A stretch of DNA of 50,148 nucleotides from a virus. Taxonomy: Duplodnaviria > Caudoviricetes. Positions within the stretch are counted from its first letter, which is position 1. Each line of letters starts with the position of its first letter. The stretch lies in the IMG/VR virus record IMGVR_UViG_3300045954_000022, positions 1 to 50,148 of that record; one strand, 5' to 3'. The notes under the pieces are model-generated. The model saw nothing but the letters and a program-made list of their open reading frames with translations, ran no database searches and was not told the origin of the DNA. Shown in pieces: positions 44,996 to 50,148 of the stretch. Both the position numbers and the translations under genes were made by a program.

Positions 44996-45511
44996 CTATC
45001 GGCCCTGCCGCAGCCCGACCAGGGGTGGTTTGTCCTCGGGCGGCCGGTTGCGCGGGTCGCGGGGATCGAGCGGGGCGCCGGCACGTGGATCCGTGGCGGG
45101 CATCACGGGCGGCGGGGGCATCGGGCGGAGCGGTGGAACGTCCCACGCCTCAGGCTCGGGCAGCGGGGCCTGGGGCCGCTGGGGCGGGTGGCGCCGCTGG
45201 TATTCGCCCACTGCGATGGTGCCACCACCCAGCAGGGCCAGCAGCACGGCGAGGCTTTCGGCGGCGGATTCCTTGATCTTGTCGAGGATGCCTGGGCACA
45301 CCTGGGGCATGTCCGTGGAACTGGTGATCTTCTGCAGCTTGGCCAGGTAGCCGTAGCTGCACATGAAACCGGCCAGGATCAGCAGGCCGAACTGCACCCC
45401 CAGGATCCAGGCCACCAGGAGCAGCAGGAATTTCTCCCTGTTGAAGGGCCGGGGCGGTGGTTTGTCCCACTCCGGCTCCGGGGCGACCGGCTGGCCGCGA
45501 TGGTCAGACAT
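44996..45511 (-). CDS. Two-TM membrane protein with Pro-rich tail (holin candidate)
   Basis: Hydrophobic segments FLLLLVAWILGVQFGLLILAGF and LAVLLALLGGG; lies near the lysins. Confidence 0.6.
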   Translation of the reverse strand: MSDHRGQPVAPEPEWDKPPPRPFNREKFLLLLVAWILGVQFGLLILAGFMCSYGYLAKLQKITSSTDMPQVCPGILDKIKESAAESLAVLLALLGGGTIAVGEYQRRHPPQRPQAPLPEPEAWDVPPLRPMPPPPVMPATDPRAGAPLDPRDPRNRPPEDKPPLVGLRQGR

Positions 45512-45671
45512 GCCCGTACCCCTCAGGCCACGGGACGGTGCGCCAGCGGGCGGGTTCGTTGAACAGGGTGTGCTCTTCCGGCCACGGGATGTTGCCGAAC
45601 CCGTGGGGCCAGGGCACCAACTCCCCCCTGGTGTCCTCCCCGAACAGGGTCGTGGTGTCGAGGTCGGCCAT
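45504..45671 (-). CDS. 55-aa protein with PWP repeats
   Basis: Manual translation; stop overlaps the 45511 start; TAGACT upstream. Confidence 0.5.
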   Translation of the reverse strand: MADLDTTTLFGEDTRGELVPWPHGFGNIPWPEEHTLFNEPARWRTVPWPEGYGHV

Positions 45672-45745
45672 TGCAGGTGCGGTGGGGCACCGGGGCAGTC
45701 TACGAAGCGGTCCTAGGGTGGGTTGTCCCCCACAGCACCCTCCTC

Positions 45746-46123
45746 GTGCCCGAAGATTTTCCCATCGGCCTCTACCGCCGAACCACCGCCCACTACGCCG
45801 AAGGCAAGGTCACCACACTCTTCGTGAAGCAGAGTGGCCAGGGCTCCAAGCTGGTGCTGGAGCAGAGCAACGAGACCACCGTCGAGCTGGGCGGCGAGTT
45901 CGTGCTGGTGCTGCAGCCGGTCGAAGAAGCCGTGCCCCCGATCATTGAGATCCCGCCCGAGTACCCCGAGCTGCCCACCCCCGAGGTGCCCCCCGCACCG
46001 CCCGAGGGTGTGACGCCTGAGCGGCCGATCGTGAAGCCGAATCCGCCTGAAGGGGTGATGCCTGAGCTGCCCCAGGCCCCCGACACCAAACCCGCTGAGC
46101 CGGGGAAGCCCGAGCCCAAGTGA
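45746..46123 (+). CDS. Hypothetical protein with Pro/Glu-rich C-terminus
   Basis: GTG start after a C-rich leader; strong GC3 bias. Confidence 0.6.
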   Translation: MPEDFPIGLYRRTTAHYAEGKVTTLFVKQSGQGSKLVLEQSNETTVELGGEFVLVLQPVEEAVPPIIEIPPEYPELPTPEVPPAPPEGVTPERPIVKPNPPEGVMPELPQAPDTKPAEPGKPEPK

Positions 46124-46185
46124 CCCTCTGGGTCGCCCTGGCGATCGTGCTGATCGTGCTGTTCTGGATTACCGGGCCAGCCTGA
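46120..46185 (+). CDS. 21-aa hydrophobic peptide MTLWVALAIVLIVLFWITGPA
   Basis: GTGA coupling to the upstream stop; followed by a terminator. Confidence 0.45.
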   Translation: MTLWVALAIVLIVLFWITGPA

Positions 46186-46211
46186 GTTACGATCCACCGG
46201 CAGATTCACGT

Positions 46212-46240
46212 ACCCCTGCCGCACTGCGGTGGGGGTTTTC
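46212..46240 (+). terminator. Intrinsic terminator
   Basis: ACCCCTGCCGC-ACT-GCGGTGGGGGT-TTTC. Confidence 0.75.
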
Positions 46241-46312
46241 TGTTGGCGTAGAATGGGATGGCTCAGCGCGGTGGAACGCCTGAGCCGTGACCAAACTGAA
46301 AGGAGCAGCTTG

Positions 46313-46864
46313 ATGAGCAACACTGTAGGACAGGAGCGCTGGCTGCCTGTTGTTGGGTTTGAGGGCTCGTACGAGGTGTCCGACCACGGGCGGGTACGGA
46401 GCCTGGATCGTGTGGTCAGGCGCTCTGATGGCGGAACAGAGCGGCGCAAAGGGCAGATGATGTTTCGCTGCGTTCATCACAGTGGTTACACCTTGACAAA
46501 ACTGCGGAAAGACGGAAAAGCGCGCCCTGTGTTTGTTCATGTCTTGGTGGCCGAGGCGTTCCTAGGCCCTAAACCCAGCCCCTCGCATCAGGTTGCCCAC
46601 CGGGACGGCTCACCAGATAACAACACGTTGGGCAATCTCCGGTGGGCGACACCGAAGGAAAACATCGGGGAAGACAGGGATGCCCACGGAAGAACAATGC
46701 GTGGAGCTTCTCACACCAAGACTCCGTTTACCGATGAAGACATCTACTCCATAAGGCAGCGACATGCTGCTGGAGAGTCACAAGCGAGCATAGCAAGGAG
46801 CTGCGGTGTATCTGCCCACTCTATTAGCTGCATCGTTCGGCGAAAGAGCTGGACCCATATCTAG
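46313..46864 (+). CDS. NUMOD4-HNH homing endonuclease with C-terminal HTH
   Basis: ERW-x-PV-x-GFEG-x-YEVSD-x-GRVRS, VH-x-LVAEAF and H-x-DG-x-x-x-NN-x-x-x-NL-x-W motifs; AGGAG RBS. Confidence 0.9.
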   Translation: MSNTVGQERWLPVVGFEGSYEVSDHGRVRSLDRVVRRSDGGTERRKGQMMFRCVHHSGYTLTKLRKDGKARPVFVHVLVAEAFLGPKPSPSHQVAHRDGSPDNNTLGNLRWATPKENIGEDRDAHGRTMRGASHTKTPFTDEDIYSIRQRHAAGESQASIARSCGVSAHSISCIVRRKSWTHI

Positions 46865-47706
46865 GGACGAATGTCTACGGCCCATCCGTCGGAGGACGAA
46901 TACACAAGCCAGCGCCTATCCCAGTTCTGACGGGTGTACCTCACACTCTTGCCATTGGTGTCGGCTGTGTACCCACCATTAACCATGTCAGCTACCCCAA
47001 ACGGGTCGTTCTGAATCCAGTGAGTGTCGGTAAACCCAATCGTAATCGTCCAGTGCCCGCCGCCTGATGGCGAAGATACATGCGAGTGGTGCAGCCAACC
47101 AACTGGCGTGGGACGTCCTTCCTTGATCTGGTTCTCCAGCCACTGCACCGTACCGTTCTGGATGAAGTCGGCCTGTAGGCCCAGGTGCCGCAGCGTTGCT
47201 ACCTGTGCGCTGGCATCAGTGGTATCACCAAACTGCGCCCGCACTTTGTTGTACGCATCATCATTTTCGATCGCGCCCCAGTACATAGCTGCCATCGCGC
47301 AACTGGAGCTGAAGCACTCGCGGTGCCCTTGGCCACTACTGTTATCGAGCTGACTCTGAAATGGTACGGGCAGCGGGTTGATGTATGCAGGTGGCGGAGG
47401 CGGCGGTGGAGTGCTGCTGAACTCAGTGGCCCAGTTGCTGTCTTCACTGAGGATGGCGCGACCACCCTGCAGCGCCATGATTTCGTCGTATAAGATCCAG
47501 ACGCCTCGTGCTTGCTGCGGCTGATTGTTGTAATACCGGAACCGATCAGCAAACCGTTCTGCGGTCATCAGCGGCCCGTAGCCGCGTTCCGACGCCTCCG
47601 GTGGTGCCGCCCGTGGATCGAGGGCCTGCTGCAGGCGGGGGGTGGGACGTTCCACCGGCAGGTCGGCTTCAGGCCGGCGGGGGTCGATCGGGGCGCCTTC
47701 AGGCAT
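46861..47706 (-). CDS. C39-like cysteine peptidase
   Basis: VP-x-x-SQLDN...CFSSSCAM, GGGHW and NDPFG (Cys-His-Asp); start uncertain. Confidence 0.85.
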   Translation of the reverse strand: MPEGAPIDPRRPEADLPVERPTPRLQQALDPRAAPPEASERGYGPLMTAERFADRFRYYNNQPQQARGVWILYDEIMALQGGRAILSEDSNWATEFSSTPPPPPPPAYINPLPVPFQSQLDNSSGQGHRECFSSSCAMAAMYWGAIENDDAYNKVRAQFGDTTDASAQVATLRHLGLQADFIQNGTVQWLENQIKEGRPTPVGWLHHSHVSSPSGGGHWTITIGFTDTHWIQNDPFGVADMVNGGYTADTNGKSVRYTRQNWDRRWLVYSSSDGWAVDIRP

Positions 47707-48064
47707 CGTCAGGGGGCGGTTGGGAGGAGTCTACGGAGCCCCAGCGGGCGAGCACAGTTCGAGCGAAGACCAGAAGCTCCCCGGCCACTGCATACAAATA
47801 ATTCGTATCATCCTTGGGGATGCAGTAGTAACCCAAGGACTTTGCTGCGATCTCCAGCAGCTCTTCGTCTGTCGGCCCCTGCGGCTCTGCCTTCACGCAA
47901 CACTCACGGATAGCGTTGCGATCTTCCACCGTCAGCGTGGAGCAGTCAGGGCAGCAAGCAGCCCGACCCTTCGCCACAGCCTTGATTCCCTCGCTCCTGG
48001 AGGCGCCACAACCGGTGCAGCGGGAGGTGGTGGGCGGCTGGGGGTGGATAGCGGCTTCACTCAT
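47699..48064 (-). CDS. Hypothetical protein with Cys motifs
   Basis: C-x2-C and CCPDC motifs; PTDEELL...FAR-x-VLARWG; coupled ORFs. Confidence 0.65.
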   Translation of the reverse strand: MSEAAIHPQPPTTSRCTGCGASRSEGIKAVAKGRAACCPDCSTLTVEDRNAIRECCVKAEPQGPTDEELLEIAAKSLGYYCIPKDDTNYLYAVAGELLVFARTVLARWGSVDSSQPPPDDA

Positions 48065-48339
48065 CGGCCTGCCTCCGCACGATCAGCAGGCAACGACACG
48101 TAGCCAGCCTCACGTAGTACTTGCGTCCTGGTAACTTGCGGATGATCTCTGTTCCACTCTCTATCCGTGAGTAGATCGACCATCTCGTAAAGGTGTGGTC
48201 CATTACCGCCCTCCCAGGTGATCACAAGCCGCGTTCTCTCGGGAAGAGCTTTCACCTCCTGGCATGACAGCGCAGGAGGGGATGAGCCCTTATCTGCCGC
48301 TGAGCCGGTGTAGCCGTGGCGTTTAGAGGTGAACATCAT
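48061..48339 (-). CDS. Hypothetical protein
   Basis: ATGA-coupled on both sides. Confidence 0.55.
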   Translation of the reverse strand: MMFTSKRHGYTGSAADKGSSPPALSCQEVKALPERTRLVITWEGGNGPHLYEMVDLLTDREWNRDHPQVTRTQVLREAGYVSLPADRAEAGR

Positions 48340-48611
48340 CCCCCCTCATCAGCACGATCGGCTTCGGCAAGAAGCATTCCTGCCAGACGCCAAACTACAG
48401 GCATTTCCTCTGGCTCAAACTCAGGAGCGGCTGTTGCACGTTCTTCAAGCCACCTTGCAATGGCGCGGATCTCGGCAGCATAGCCGTGGCTCAACTGCCA
48501 TTCCTTGCCTGCAGGTGGTACGGACCTGTCGTAGACATCGTCCATCACCTGCCACAGCGGTGGGGTGTGAGGTGGGGCGTAGAAGCCTTGGGATGGGTTA
48601 CACATTGTCAT
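48336..48611 (-). CDS. Hypothetical protein
   Basis: PLW-x-VM...YAAEIRAIA-x-WL; start trimmed to the overlap with the upstream stop. Confidence 0.55.
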   Translation of the reverse strand: MTMCNPSQGFYAPPHTPPLWQVMDDVYDRSVPPAGKEWQLSHGYAAEIRAIARWLEERATAAPEFEPEEMPVVWRLAGMLLAEADRADEGG

Positions 48612-48822
48612 CCTCCTCCAGCCTGGTTTCCAACCAATCCGCTGCCCACTCCAGACAGCCCATGTCGTCCACACTACGCGGCTGCTTGCGTAGTTCTGCG
48701 CAGATGCAGGCAACAACAGATCGCATACGCGCTGGATCGGGTATTGATCTCTGGGCGTTTTCCATAGACCAAAACGCATCGGTCATGTAGTCGATCAGTT
48801 TGTCGTGTTTGGGGGTGCTCAT
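48598..48822 (-). CDS. Hypothetical protein
   Basis: ATGA-coupled chain. Confidence 0.55.
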   Translation of the reverse strand: MSTPKHDKLIDYMTDAFWSMENAQRSIPDPARMRSVVACICAELRKQPRSVDDMGCLEWAADWLETRLEEDDNV

Positions 48823-49079
48823 TGCAGTGCCTCCTCGTTCCTGTCGTCGGTGACAACCACGCCACCCGGTGGGCGGTAGGTAACAGTCACGCGGTTGCTG
48901 TGATCGTCAACTCGAAACTTTCCCCTGCTGTCGCAAGCGAAGACAGTGACAAGGTTTGCGTCTGTGTCTACCACTGTCACGTTGTTTACAAAGTTACCGT
49001 GGCCATCCCTTACGGTATAATGCATGGCGTCTTTATCGGTAGCACGGATAATGCTGCGGATGGGTCTGTTCATGTCCAT
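48819..49079 (-). CDS. Hypothetical protein
   Basis: Coupled chain. Confidence 0.55.
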   Translation of the reverse strand: MDMNRPIRSIIRATDKDAMHYTVRDGHGNFVNNVTVVDTDANLVTVFACDSRGKFRVDDHSNRVTVTYRPPGGVVVTDDRNEEALQ

Positions 49080-49303
49080 CTCCGATCTGATTGCGGTGGA
49101 GCGTAGCGGTGTGCGCGTTCAGGCATTGCATCAAGTGCTGCCTGGTAGTGCGCTGCCCGTGCAGTGGCGTCCATTGCTGCTTCGGGCTGGTTGCGGGCGG
49201 TGAAGTAACTGGCGCGTAGTGATTCCCACGCAACAGCCTGTGCGTACAGCTCGGATACCTTGAAATCACCGTTGGCGATCTTGAGTAGTGTAGGGGATTT
49301 CAT
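49070..49303 (-). CDS. Hypothetical protein
   Basis: Coupled chain. Confidence 0.55.
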   Translation of the reverse strand: MKSPTLLKIANGDFKVSELYAQAVAWESLRASYFTARNQPEAAMDATARAAHYQAALDAMPERAHRYAPPQSDRRWT

Positions 49304-49491
49304 CTGCCGATTCCTGCAATCATCTGCACGGTGATAAAGCCCACCAGCGCGAACAACCCACCCAAGGCTATATCGCCCAAGCGCTGGGTGCGGATGTAGT
49401 GCTTGCGAGCAGATTCACGGGCTTGGATGTAACGAGCAAGCATGGCTTTGTCAGAAGAAGTGGTGGTGTTGGGATTGAAGCGAACAGTCAT
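49300..49491 (-). CDS. Small protein with C-terminal TM helix
   Basis: IALGGLFALVGFITVQMIAGI; ATGA coupling. Confidence 0.6.
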   Translation of the reverse strand: MTVRFNPNTTTSSDKAMLARYIQARESARKHYIRTQRLGDIALGGLFALVGFITVQMIAGIGR

Positions 49492-49826
49492 GACAATGCA
49501 GAACGATAGGGGACACAGTAACGAGCAGCACGGGAGCCGATCTCTTTGAATTCTGGAAAGCCTAGAGAGCAGGCATCGTGCAGGTAATGCACACAGTCAC
49601 GGCAGCTAGGGCCGATGCGCTTTACGCCTCGCCCTGGGCGTGGGACGTCAGGTAGTACGTGCGTCCACGTTTCGCCTTGGCGTATCTTCTGGACGGTTGA
49701 TGGGCTCACGTCTAGTTCATCAGCAACCTGGCGATTGGTGAGTGCTGAGGTGAGTACGAATAGCACCTGTTCTTCGGTGAGCTTGCAGGATGCGTAGGGG
49801 GACAGGTTGGCGATGCCAGAGTTCAT
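49488..49826 (-). CDS. HTH DNA-binding protein with Cys-rich C-terminus
   Basis: KLTEEQV...VADELDVSPSTVQKIR-x-G-x-TW-x-HV; C-x2-C-x-H...C. Confidence 0.7.
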   Translation of the reverse strand: MNSGIANLSPYASCKLTEEQVLFVLTSALTNRQVADELDVSPSTVQKIRQGETWTHVLPDVPRPGRGVKRIGPSCRDCVHYLHDACSLGFPEFKEIGSRAARYCVPYRSALS

Positions 49827-50026
49827 TGCTTCACTGCCTCTTGCAGCACTTCAATGACAGCCTGCTGCAATACGAGCTGTACAGCTTTCGCGCCTTCCAT
49901 AAAGGCGGCACAATACAAGCGGCACTCGTCCTCGCGGGCATCACGTAAGTATACGGACTGCCAACCCATGAATTGCTCGGCCAAGTACTTGTTGAGATCG
50001 AACTCTACTTCTTGAGGTGCAGGCAT
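49823..50026 (-). CDS. Hypothetical protein
   Basis: C-rich leader; ATGA coupling. Confidence 0.55.
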   Translation of the reverse strand: MPAPQEVEFDLNKYLAEQFMGWQSVYLRDAREDECRLYCAAFMEGAKAVQLVLQQAVIEVLQEAVKQ

Positions 50027-50080
50027 CGGTTCAGGTGATGGCGGGTGGTGGGGTGGCTGGCGACGTACTCAGCCCATTCG

Positions 50081-50148
50081 GCGAGGTCATCGTCATGTAA
50101 CTCGCAAGGCTCGATCTTGTAGGGGCAGGGCTGGGGTGGGTCGTCAAC
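50081..50148. repeat. Terminal overlap, right copy (matches 1-68)
   Basis: 61 of 68 positions identical, no gaps. Confidence 0.95.

Noticed and set aside
1-50148. Integrase, CI repressor, tRNA, photosynthesis genes or HIP1 (GCGATCGC) enrichment
   Set aside because: None recognised by eye; a lytic lifestyle is suggested but not proven.

Overview
The window is an essentially complete, circularly closed (~50.08 kb) GC-rich siphovirus genome, most likely a cyanophage of a Synechococcus/Cyanobium-type host. Evidence for the host is a cyanobacterial-type AbrB regulator, cyanophage-style lysozyme and C39 peptidase, and C-rich leaders without Shine-Dalgarno sites. Layout: (1) leftward replication genes (dNMP kinase, cyAbrB, PolA, PD-(D/E)XK nuclease, primase-helicase); (2) rightward SSB-like protein and exonuclease; (3) a leftward block of small early genes (DUF932, a Cys-rich protein); (4) an AT-rich divergent junction; (5) terminase, portal, scaffold, capsid, neck, tail, tape measure and several fibres; (6) lysis genes interrupted by two HNH genes; (7) small leftward genes. 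I saw no integrase, tRNA, CRISPR array or reverse transcriptase. The most striking unexplained signals are non-coding. GTGGRACGT occurs at about 33 loci on both strands and in all reading frames, where about 1 is expected. A palindrome GGGTATSATACCC sits at the polA start, upstream of terL and portal, and flanks a wHTH plus membrane-protein cassette as a 20-bp direct repeat. Three conserved hairpins punctuate the early region, alternating iterons lie next to the primase-helicase, and two unrelated HNH genes share a structured leader. All product calls come from recognising motifs by eye, not from database searches.
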